Below are positions 52,723 through 62,664 of a stretch of 64,000 nt of DNA, one piece after another. Each line of letters begins with the position of its first letter. Within the stretch, counting starts at the first letter, position 1. The stretch covers positions 32,860,001 through 32,924,000 of the forward strand of contig NC_043004.1 in the NCBI RefSeq assembly GCF_006345805.1. Direction: 5' to 3'. Below the pieces are notes generated by a model. That model saw only the letters and a program-made list of their open reading frames with translations. It had not been told where the DNA came from and did no database searches. The position numbers and the translations under genes are program-made. This DNA comes from Octopus sinensis. Its lineage: Eukaryota.

Positions 52723-53140
52723 GATCTTTTCGGTTTGAACGGCAGTTTTTACTAGCGGTGTCATATGAAATTGTCACCCATAATTATGACCCTAGTATCG
52801 ATCTATTGCATTTCAATCTATTTTAGAGTTAGGGTTAGGGGTGGGGGTAAGGGTATCTTTTTTTTTTCACAAATGTAAATAAACCCAATCTGTTTCTTAA
52901 ACGAGGGACATATTCATACGGCACAGAATGTTTTTTTTACCTCAAATACGTCAGTGATTGGTTGAAATTGCAGAAATTGAAGAAAAAAATCAACAAATAT
53001 CTTACAAATTATAGAATTTTCTCAATAAAGCCAAGAGAAAAAGATGTTTTATAAACACATTCTACCAGTATACGAAGTTAAAATTTTTTTAGTTACATAG
53101 AAATTATGTTAAAAACTGCCGTTCAAACCGAAAAGATTCC
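52723..53140. mobile_element. Non-autonomous TIR element (27-bp TIRs) with TTAGGG-like repeats, inserted in a T run
   Basis: atcttttcggtttgaacggcagttttt / aaaaactgccgttcaaaccgaaaagat; internal ttagag ttaggg ttaggg; T runs on both flanks. Confidence 0.8.
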
Positions 53141-53199
53141 TTTTTTTTTTTTACTTGGGAAAATGGGTCCAACTCCTCCCATGAAAACATCTACAATAA

Positions 53200-53620
53200 A
53201 CTTCAGGTATACAAGCATTCAAGCGATATCTCTACAAGCCAAAATATTTCAATGTGCACCACTAAGATTAGTTGAACGGCTGACACCTGTATACCGGTGC
53301 TGGTGTATGCATAGGAATGCATCACTGAGTTTTTGTTTTGCTCTCTAACAATGTCCTGCCACACGTGTGTATATGTGGGTTTCCAGTGAAAACAAGACGA
53401 CTGCCATATTTCCTTTCTGTCTTCAGGTGCTTTTGTTCACAGGAAATATTCAAAAGGGCTCGTAACATACGGTTGTGTCATCCAGCCTTGTCTCCGGATG
53501 TTTGGTAAGTGTTCAGGCAATGGAGTCGTAAGAAGGTATTTCACAGTGGCACATAAAAGTCTTCTCTAAAGTTTGCGGAATACCGACAGCTTCCAGATGA
53601 TGCTGAGATCATCAAGAATG
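53200..53620 (-). mobile_element. RTE-type LINE 3' ORF remnant
   Basis: Frameshifted peptides LDDT.NRMLRALLNISC and RVAGHC*R resemble the post-RT region of RTE-clade LINEs (LDG.Y.RMLR..LNISW ... R.AGHC.R). Confidence 0.6.
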
Positions 53621-53989
53621 CTTTCAGGAGACGAATTTTGAAGAAAATATTGAATAATTATATCCTTCCTTGCTTTCACCCACCCACACAAACTATCTAT
53701 CTATCTATCTATCTAGACAGACAGACAGACAGACAGAGCGTATGTATAGATATGTATAAGTGTGTGTGTGTATACATGTGTATTGTGTGAGCACGTGTGT
53801 ATATGCATATATACGTATATCTATATGCATAGATTATTACAGGTGTACAGTGAGTAGAATTTCATAAGGTTATTAGTGTGTGGGAATCGAAATCAGATCC
53901 AAGAGTCGCGTCGTAAGGAGCCTATATACTCTACGATACTCACCAGCTTGTTCATTAATGCTGCATGTTGAAAGTTTGCAAGGATGACG

Positions 53990-54132
53990 TATGTTTTATT
54001 AATATCCTTTATTGACTGATTTATAGCATAAACAAAACATTTCTTACTATAAATGTATCCATTATTTACATTCGACGTATATTTGTCCTTATCTTGTTTT
54101 TTGTTAACACAACGTTTTGGCTGATATACCCT
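53990..54132 (-). mobile_element. Penelope-like terminal fragment
   Basis: ttgttaacacaacgttttggctgatataccctc, truncated before the expected core. Confidence 0.4.
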
Positions 54133-54194
54133 CGAAAAATATTGGATTTATAAGCCCTAAAATTCACTCCGTAACCACTACGCCGTATGACCGT

Positions 54195-54410
54195 GGGCAT
54201 ACGGCGTAGTGGTTAAGAGCGCGGGCTACTAACCCCAAGATTCCGAGTTCGATTCCAACAACAATAATGATAATAATAACAACAACAATATTGAAAAATA
54301 CCTTAGGAATGAGAACCCAGATTCGAAATTTCCCCAAGACACCTGTAGGATGCTGGAGGGCAGTCCTCCAGCATGGCCACAAACAAATGACTGAAACAAG
54401 TAAAAGAGTA
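54195..54410 (+). mobile_element. tRNA-derived SINE head (family D) joined to a family A tail
   Basis: ggcgtagtggttaag (A box) and gagttcgattcc (B box), then ccagcatggccaca..aaatgactgaaacaagtaaaagag. Confidence 0.7.
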
Positions 54411-55324
54411 ATGTACATAATTCCTCATCTCTTAACTACAGAACTGTATAAATATATCATTGAGAAATAATGGGATATGTTCATTGGAAGTTACTTGGGA
54501 GTACAAACACATTTCTAGTGTATATTAATCCAAAATCAGAATCGATGAGAGAACACGTGAACTGGTGCAAAAAAGTAAGGCTTTCAACTAAGAGACTTAT
54601 GATAGTTTTAACGTATAATTTGCGAGTCATAAGTTCAAATTTCAGTGGATCCGCAAAACTGTAGCAATTCTAATTTATTATGATCAAGTTAAACGATCGA
54701 AGCTCTTCCTTCATTGCAAATATTGATCTTGTTGCAAAAAATGTTTCTAAAAAGCATTGCGATAATAAATTCTCGATATTCCGATTCCACGATTAAACCA
54801 ATCTACTTAATACCATTTCTGTTTTGGAACTGTCACAAGTCACCATATAAATTCCGAGAATTCATACCATAAAATGATATTGGTTTCCTATTGCCTGCTA
54901 AACTGTGTTATCATGTTAAGCGGTGAGCAACATCGTTGATTAACAGGTAGAAAGTAATAAGATCACTCCACCCCGGTTTTAATTCTAGTTTGAACGTGTC
55001 GAATGCACTTCAAAAAAGCCTGCATATCTTGTTATACAATCTCATTTACTCTCTTAAAACTCCGCAGTCTTAAACTTCGAAAACCCAATTAACTCCTACA
55101 AGGGTTTCTATTTAATTTACTCGATCTGCTTAACAAATCCTCTGATCTCATCTATGTTGAAACTTGGACAGGTTCATCTCGCTAAAGTCATTTGCATAAT
55201 TTGAATTTCTAATTTTAATTTGAGAATGTTTTTGTAGGATAAATAATGTCCGATTTCAGCTACAGCTTTTAATAAAATAAAATTTAGTCCTGGTAAATAA
55301 TATAGAATTTCAGTCTAAATATTA

Positions 55325-55530
55325 GTTTCAAATGTTAGTACAAGGCCAGCAATGTTGAGGGTAAGGTAAGTTGATTATTTTGACCCTAGAGTTCAAACTG
55401 GTACTTATTTTATCGCCCCCGAGAGGGTCAAAGGCAAAGTCGACATTGGTAAAATTCGAACACAACGTAAAGACGGTCGAATTGCCGCCAAGCATTTTTC
55501 CGACGTGCTAACCATTTTGCCAGCTCACTG
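55325..55530 (-). mobile_element. SINE family B downstream of the LicD stop
   Basis: Reverse complement of family B. Confidence 0.7.
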
Positions 55531-55751
55531 TATTATTTCTGTCTAAATATTAATCAAAGAACACTAATTCATCGAGAAATTCTTGCCATCACTTTTGAAA
55601 TAGTTTTAATATTTGATGAGTTACAGACTAAGAACAAAAACGTATAAGGTGTCGGGGATATAATTAAGGGAATTGCTTGTTTACAATACTTACTTGTGAA
55701 AAACGAAGATGAGCTTATATAGCAGGATAAACGAAACTAAATATTATAACA

Positions 55752-55757
55752 TTTATT
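55752..55757 (-). terminator. Candidate AATAAA poly(A) signal of the LicD gene
   Basis: tttatt on + about 66 nt past the stop codon. Confidence 0.3.
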
Positions 55758-55823
55758 CCTCCCTACCCAACGGTCTCGGTTGCTTTCACCCCACTTGACA
55801 ATACCCTCAAAACACACGAAATA

Positions 55824-56510
55824 TTAGGTTTTTACTTTTATCTGATGAACACGTACGTAATTCCAAGGTAACCAACACTTCAGTTTATAGGGAAACGTCA
55901 TATTATACGTATATCGGAAGCGCCAACGCAATACTTCCTCAGACTGAGAAGGACAGTTAACCAAACGACCAGCAAACATACACCTTGTAGTTGGCAGAAT
56001 TAGGCTTTTTGCAATATCGAAATACTTTTCAAGAACTTCCGGTTGAGTAGGTACGGCACGAGTCAACATGCCAGGGTCTGTAACGCGGGCTTTATATATA
56101 TAAAGATCGACAATTAATCCTTTGTATTTCATTTCCGTTGGCTTTAAAGGATCAACCGAAATATTGTATTTGTTTTTTAAAACTGGAACAACAACTTTTA
56201 CGACTTTGGCTCTATCTGCTAGCAAGTAACCAAAATCCCCATCGTGATCCCACGGTATTATATCGCCATATCTGAGAGCACCGAGCAAAGTTCCACCTTC
56301 AATCCAATGCATTATATTATATTCGTTCATGACTTTATCGAAACTATGAATCATATAGCGCATGGCATCCAAATCTATCGAACTGTTAAAGCAAGCAGAG
56401 AAAGGCCGCTGCGATATAATGACCGTCCTGCATCGATACGCATAAATACAAATGGAGATGATTAAAAGACAAACAAACGCAGTCTCAACATTTTTGAGCG
56501 CGTTACGCAT
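55824..56510 (-). CDS. LicD-family (fukutin/FKRP-like) type II membrane phosphotransferase, 228 aa, intronless CDS
   Basis: N-terminal TM segment TAFVCLLIISICIYAY; HWIEGGTLLGALRYGDIIPWDHDGDFG matches the FKRP/LicD signature; later IVDLY and L.P.....FAG....P motifs. The acceptor ttggtttcag ends at 56531, so the track's MVSG start is intronic and the likely start is the ATG at 56510. Confidence 0.88.
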   Translation of the reverse strand: MRNALKNVETAFVCLLIISICIYAYRCRTVIISQRPFSACFNSSIDLDAMRYMIHSFDKVMNEYNIMHWIEGGTLLGALRYGDIIPWDHDGDFGYLLADRAKVVKVVVPVLKNKYNISVDPLKPTEMKYKGLIVDLYIYKARVTDPGMLTRAVPTQPEVLEKYFDIAKSLILPTTRCMFAGRLVNCPSQSEEVLRWRFRYTYNMTFPYKLKCWLPWNYVRVHQIKVKT

Positions 56511-58514
56511 TTTCTCTTTTTCACGTCGACCTGAAACCAAGGGAAAAACATTTCAGTAATTACTATTATATGACTTCCAATACATACTTAGGTGTATGTA
56601 TATGAGAGAAGGAGAAAAAGAGAGACAAATGGATAGGCAGATAGATCGATCGATAGATAGATAGATAGTTAGACAAACGCTACATAGCAAAACGATTATT
56701 GGCTTTTTAGAATTATGTAAAATTATTTTACTGATCTAATTATAAAGAAAAAAAAATTACTCCAAAAGTTGGTTTCTTTCAAACAATATTAAATCTTCAC
56801 GGTCTTTTGGAAGCTTAAACCGTTTATGAATTTATCTGTTGAAAATTACAAATAATAATATAGTTTTAGAGATCTCAAGTGATCATTTAAGTTATTTTTT
56901 AGCGAACATTTTTAAATGTTTTACAACCATTCAAAAATGTTTTGTCAGGTGAAATTGATTATTTTCGTTTCTAATTGATTATTTTTTTGTCACTAATTAG
57001 TAAAGATGACGCTACTTAAGACTATAATCACGATTTTAAATCGTATGACACAGTTAAAGCTACGAGGTTCATTTACCAGAAACAGAAAGTTTTTGAAATA
57101 ATAATATTATTATAATTATTATGAAAAATGATTTCAGTTCACTTGTGCTTGTGTTTCCCGTGAATCTGTTATAGACACGGCTAAGATTTACAAGTTAAGT
57201 TCTACCCAAACTAATGTTCCTTTTTCTCATTGACTTCAAATATTTTCGCTCTTGGTCACAGGTTTTCAAAGAGCAAATCACTTGTTCATTGTATTTCTAA
57301 CTCCAAACAAAATATTGCTATAAATGTTACGAAAAGCAGCAGTTTTACTCGGGTGCAAGTTTAATGCAGGTGACTATAAGCGAATGCAACATCGGTAGTT
57401 TAAACACAATTTCGTTTATTCATATTTAAAACTCAATTATCATTGTCAATATGTGGTTATCAAGTAGTTTAGCGTATATTTGTCCTTAAAGTTAACCCAT
57501 AAAGCGCTGGATTTGCCCTTACATAGCATGGACTGCTGAGCACATTTTATGAAAATGAGTCTACCATGCACACATAAAAAATAAAAATTAGTTAAAATAT
57601 CTTCTTAGTATATAATGGTGGCAAGTTTGACATCATCTGAAAAAGTCATTAGTTGAACTATTAGTCCTCTTGCATTCTGAGGGTTATCGGAGCATTTGAG
57701 GGACATTAGATCGCAACAAACACCCTTAAATTAAATGCATCTTTCTGCGTCACGATTGTGGCCTTTTGATATGTGCCTGATGGCCACAATTGTGGCCCGT
57801 CGCACTTTATGTGTTAATATTAAAATAGTAGATAAAGACTAAAAGGAGTGTACTATCGATGCATCTTTTGCCCTCCCCCACCCGACACTGACACCCGATT
57901 TGATCCCATCAACCATATCAGATTTTTCCACCGCCTACTTTGGGAAACACTTCTCTAAACTCACCTTCTCAGAAAGCCAGCCTAAATCTAGTGACCTACC
58001 TCTCACCACTAAAATCGTACATTTCCATTATAATTTACAACAATACAATATTTTAAATTTGTTTCTGACTGAATAATTCAAATTAGTGAGAAATGAAAAA
58101 CAATATTAAAGGAAATACCAAGCAGATATAAGTAGTAATATATTTTTAAAAATATTTCTAAACACTAATGTTGCATTGAAATTAAGGTCAGTCCATTTAG
58201 CATAGCTTTTCTTTAGCTTTACGTGAATTGAAATAAGTCTGTACACGCTTAAGAAACAGGAACATGTATGTTAACGGCTTTAGGTAGGAGGCGACTGAAC
58301 AGAGTCTGGCAATGTAGCAATTAAAGGTGATCTTTGTTATTAATGTACCACCTTCTCCTTCTCAAATTTTAGTATCAGTTTTTCTTCATAAAAGACAGAG
58401 AAGATAATGAACTTAGGTCGCAAGGGAGTGGATAATGTTTGTTGTTGACAATCAATTTCAGGTAATCCTTGATATCAACGTACCACTTTTTCTTTAGCTT
58501 GTTTATTATAAAGA

Positions 58515-59028
58515 ACTAGCAGTATCGCCCGGCGTTGCTCGGGTTTGTAAGGGAAATAACTATATAAGCATTTTTAGAGAGTTACTTCCTTTATAGATGC
58601 CAATTCGGGCTTTCTTAGCCATTTCTGTTTTGGTGTCTTCAAGCCATGAAATCATTGTTCTAAAAGAACGCTGGTCTCCTTCACAACGCATTACGACGTT
58701 GATTTCTTTACACTCCCTTCCCCACAGCTTCACGAGGGAGGGAAGGGGGTGAAGCAAACAGGTGCAGCATTGAGCGTGGACGCGAACTCCGCCGCCATCG
58801 ACACACGATGCATTTTATGCATTAAAATGGAATAAAAAATGATGTTAAATTATTTTTAAAATCGTAGACTCATCGTTGACGCGCGCTAATAGTCAGACGG
58901 GCTCGATATGAATCACGACTATAAGATACCCGAATTTGGTTAAACTGCACCGCAAAATGTGGGAGGAGTTAGGAATCTAAATCGAAGGGGACAGACACTC
59001 ACACAACTAGAGTTTTATATATATAGAT
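58515..59028 (+). mobile_element. Non-autonomous Helitron/Helentron-like element
   Basis: 5' ACTAG followed by the hairpin cccggcgttgctcggg; 3' end acagacactcacacaactagagttttatatatatagat, as in Lep1/DINE-type rolling-circle elements. Confidence 0.6.
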
Positions 59029-59045
59029 GTTTGGAGTACAATTTC

Positions 59046-59379
59046 GGGTACTACTAGCGAACAGTGGTCCCGGTGCGCGCATCCGCGCTAGCTAGTCGTA
59101 AGTAGTCGATCCTACAACGACTTGCGCGTATGTTTGTATTTCAAGGCTGAATATATATCAAAGAAAATTAAATAATATTTTTCGAACAAAGTCAATCAAA
59201 CGCAAAGTAAATAATTTTTAAAACTAAGTAAATAAATTTTTATAAACAAATTAAGGTTAGGGTTAGGGTTAAAAAATTAGGGTTAGGGTTAAAAAGTCGT
59301 TGTAGGATCGACTACTTACAACTAGCTAGCTCGGATGCGCGAGTGCGCGCACCGGGACCACTGTTCGCTAGTAGAACCC
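59046..59379. mobile_element. 334-bp TIR element with 78/86-bp TIRs, 6-bp TSD and internal TTAGGG repeats
   Basis: TSD aatttc at 59040-59045 and 59380-59385; GGG...CCC termini; ttaagg(ttaggg)2 tt aaaaaa (ttaggg)2 at 59251-59290. Confidence 0.9.
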
Positions 59380-59982
59380 AATTTCGTATTGTTCCTAGCG
59401 AGAATTGTAGAAATCTCACGTTTTATAAATTTTAATTTTATTTCCATGTATATATGATCTTCGTAACTTTATTTCGTTCGGTCCATAACTAAGAGTGTTC
59501 AAACCTCGACCATGTAAAATAAAATAGATTTTTGTGCTGTTATTTTTATTATTTTGTCGCGTGAGAAGGCAGTGCGCATGACTCATTACGAGGCGGTTCG
59601 TGAAAACATAAGAGATGTATGTATGTATGTATATGTGTGTGTGTGTGTGTGTGTGACTGTGTTTTTCACTGTTTAGCTGAAAAAAGAAAAATACTAAAGA
59701 AGCAAAAAAAAAAAAAATTACGGAAATTGCCGAACAAATAGTTTCAGTTTGATGATAACTTCTCCGAAGGATAGACCCTAATAACCGAGCAGACCACAAA
59801 GGGATTTGAATTCTGAACGGGAACAAACACCACAAGGCATCCGGTTCGATGTTGTTACGGCTCCACAAAGCCACCGCTTTAAGACACTTTTTGTTATCGA
59901 TATCCTCCCCCCGCACCATAAAAAAATAACGAAAGGGCAAGTGGCCCTCAGTGGGATATGTTTCCAGTGTAACCAAAGAAGC

Positions 59983-59994
59983 TGCGCATGCGCA
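59983..59994. promoter_or_regulatory. Perfect NRF1-type palindrome TGCGCATGCGCA
   Basis: Exact consensus in a locally GC-richer block upstream of the LicD gene; function not shown. Confidence 0.35.
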
Positions 59995-60807
59995 CAAGGA
60001 GAAGGAATTACGAGAAAGATAATCTACCATAATAATACTCTTGTGTTTTTCTCCGTCACAACATATGAATGAGAAAGGAAGGGGTGATAAACGAATAAGG
60101 AAGGAAGGGGTAATGGCAAGCTGGTAGTGGGAGCGTTTCAGCTCTGTATGAGTATGTGTATGTAAAAGGGAGGTGTGTGTGTGCAAGCAATAGAAGTGAG
60201 ATGGTAAACATTCAACGCTAAAAGAAAAATCAAACAGCGTTTCAACTCTGTGAGTATATGTGTGTGAGTGTACAAGGGAAGTATGTGAATGCTTGTATGT
60301 GAGAAAGCTTTTTTAAATATTTAATTTGCTTGCGAATGTTTTAATGTTACTTTCATTCGTGTATATTTTCATGTTTTGACTGTTATTTCTAGCAATGTTT
60401 TGACATGCCGATACCCCCCCCCCCACTACGTGATGATGAAATTTTGAACACCTGTAACATTTTGGCAAATTTTTTCTGGAATAAATGAATCATAAATTCG
60501 GATTCAGTGTCAAAAATTACATCTGTAAGGTAAAGCACATTACAAAAATCTTTTGAGGATAATTGTAGTCAGTGACGAAAGCGACAAAGATCTAGAACAA
60601 ATTCCACGCTCTGTCGATTCAGCCAATCCAGTTTTTTATTTTGTTCCTTTTTGCTTTGTGTAGTTGTTTATGAATAGAGAATAGGACTGCACGAAGTCGC
60701 GAACAAGCTTTGTTGTTGTGTTGTAGTTCAAGATAGGCATGTATGTTTATGAGAAGATTTGACTGCAATGTCTAGCAGTAAGGACGAGCGCACAAAAGAC
60801 ACAATAC

Positions 60808-61173
60808 TCTTTACTCTCTTTTACTCGTTTCAGTCATTTGACTGTGGCCATGCTGGAGCACCGCCTTTAGTCGAGCAAATCGACCCAGGGCTTATTCTTT
60901 GTAAGCCTAATACTTATTCTATCGGACTCTTTTGCCGAACCGCTAGGTTACGGGGATGTAAACACACCAGCATCGGTTGTCAAGCGATGTTGGGGGAACA
61001 CACACACACACACACACACATACGACGGACTTCTTTTCAGTTTCCGTCTACCAAATCCACTCGCAATGTTTTTTGGTCGGCCCGAAGCTATAGCAGAAGA
61101 CACTTGCCCAAGGTGCCACGCAGTGGGACTGAACCCGGAAGCATGTGGTTCGTAAGCAAGCTACTTACCACAC
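60808..61173 (-). mobile_element. SINE family A
   Basis: Reverse-complement copy. Confidence 0.9.
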
Positions 61174-61508
61174 AATGATGAAATAAAATAATACAAATTA
61201 TTCCCTTAATGTACATCATAATCAACATAATACTCCAGCGGTAATAATTTTACACAAAAGAAGGTTGTGTCATTTTTTAACAATATTATCTTAATAATTT
61301 CACAACAGCACGAAAATAATTTTACAACGAATACTCACCCAAAATAATAATCCTTTCTACTAAAGGATGTCTTCTTATAACAAACAAGCCACCCGTTAAA
61401 AGAAAAAAAAAACTGAAAGAGAAAAAAGCTTCTGTAGTCGTTAATGACGCTGCAATGAAAGAAAACGTATTTTCAATCTCGGGAGACAACGAAACGAGGT
61501 TACGTTTT

Positions 61509-61518
61509 TCTCGCGAGA
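61509..61518. promoter_or_regulatory. TCTCGCGAGA palindrome (CGCG promoter element)
   Basis: Exact motif 170 bp upstream (on -) of a G|GTGAGT donor at 61339/61338; function not shown. Confidence 0.3.
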
Positions 61519-61839
61519 TAAGTTGTAACGCACAAGATATAGAGGGGAAGATATCTTTAATAGAGACTATATCTGTATCCAGGAGAGACAAACACCATTT
61601 CAACAATTTTTAACAAACGTCAAAGAACGCAGTTCTAAATAAGGATAAATTTTTACTTGCTTCTAGATTCCTGCACTATTCACGCACAAACTCCTTTCAC
61701 CTTTACAGAATGGATATTATGATTATGTCAATACAACTGTCACGGAATTTCCAGTTCGGTTAGCAATTTCTCACCCCACCCTCTCTCTCTCTCTCTCTCG
61801 TTCTCTCTCTCTCTCTCGTTCTCTCTCTCTCTCTCTCTC

Positions 61840-61924
<85 letters not shown>

Positions 61925-62085
61925 CAAGTTAGAGGTTATGCAACTATCTAGGGGATAGATGTATCCGTAGGCACTCCTGGTATATTACCTCAGTATATAT
62001 AATCCTCGTTATATGGTATTTGGTAGTAGGTAATTTAAAGGTAAAACCGTGGTTTTTTATATAGAGAGAAGATAAGATATTCTTA

Positions 62086-62124
<39 letters not shown>

Positions 62125-62430
62125 GTGTGTGTGTGTGTGTGTGTGTACGCAACATGGCTACATGCAAAGAAAGAAAATAAACAAATAGTATATTCTTTTG
62201 TTATATTTTAGGATGGTCCCTTTTTTTGCCAAATAACCACACGCACCATGTATCAGGACCTTATTCGTAGTTTCCAGCCTGAGTTCTGTGTCTAAGATCG
62301 GTAGCCTATGCTTGCTAGGATAATGTACTGTTAATCCTGGTGAATGAATTTAGCTATTTGCTGGACGTTCTCCATGGTGCTAGCTTCTAGTTCACAGACA
62401 CAGTGTCTATGGACAGGAGGAGACACGCGA

Positions 62431-62664
62431 GACATGCGAGCTGGCAGAATCGTAAGCACGCCGGGCGAAATGCGTAGCCGTATTTCGTCTGCCGTTACGT
62501 TCTGAGTTCAAATTCCGCCGAGGTTGACTTTGCCTTTCATCCTTTCGGGATCGATAAATTAAGTACCAGTTACGCACTGGGGGGTCGATATAATCGACTT
62601 AATCCGTTTGTCTGTCCTTGTTTGTCCCCTCTATGTTTAGCCCCTTGTGGGTAGTAAAGAAATA
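62431..62664 (+). mobile_element. SINE family B (tail type 1) with a 16-bp TSD
   Basis: aggaggagacacgcga at 62415-62430 and 62665-62680. Confidence 0.92.

Noticed and set aside
9381-54260. tRNA-like sequences at 9381, 38672 and 54195
   Set aside because: A/B boxes are present but acceptor and anticodon stems do not close, and each continues into a SINE body; they are SINE heads, not tRNA genes.
59251-59290. TTAGGG block as a true interstitial telomere or fusion site
   Set aside because: Only four perfect units, and they lie inside a TSD-flanked TIR element.
59416-60186. 256-aa minus-strand ORF
   Set aside because: Both ends are microsatellite-derived and there is no recognisable domain; more likely promoter or UTR-type sequence.
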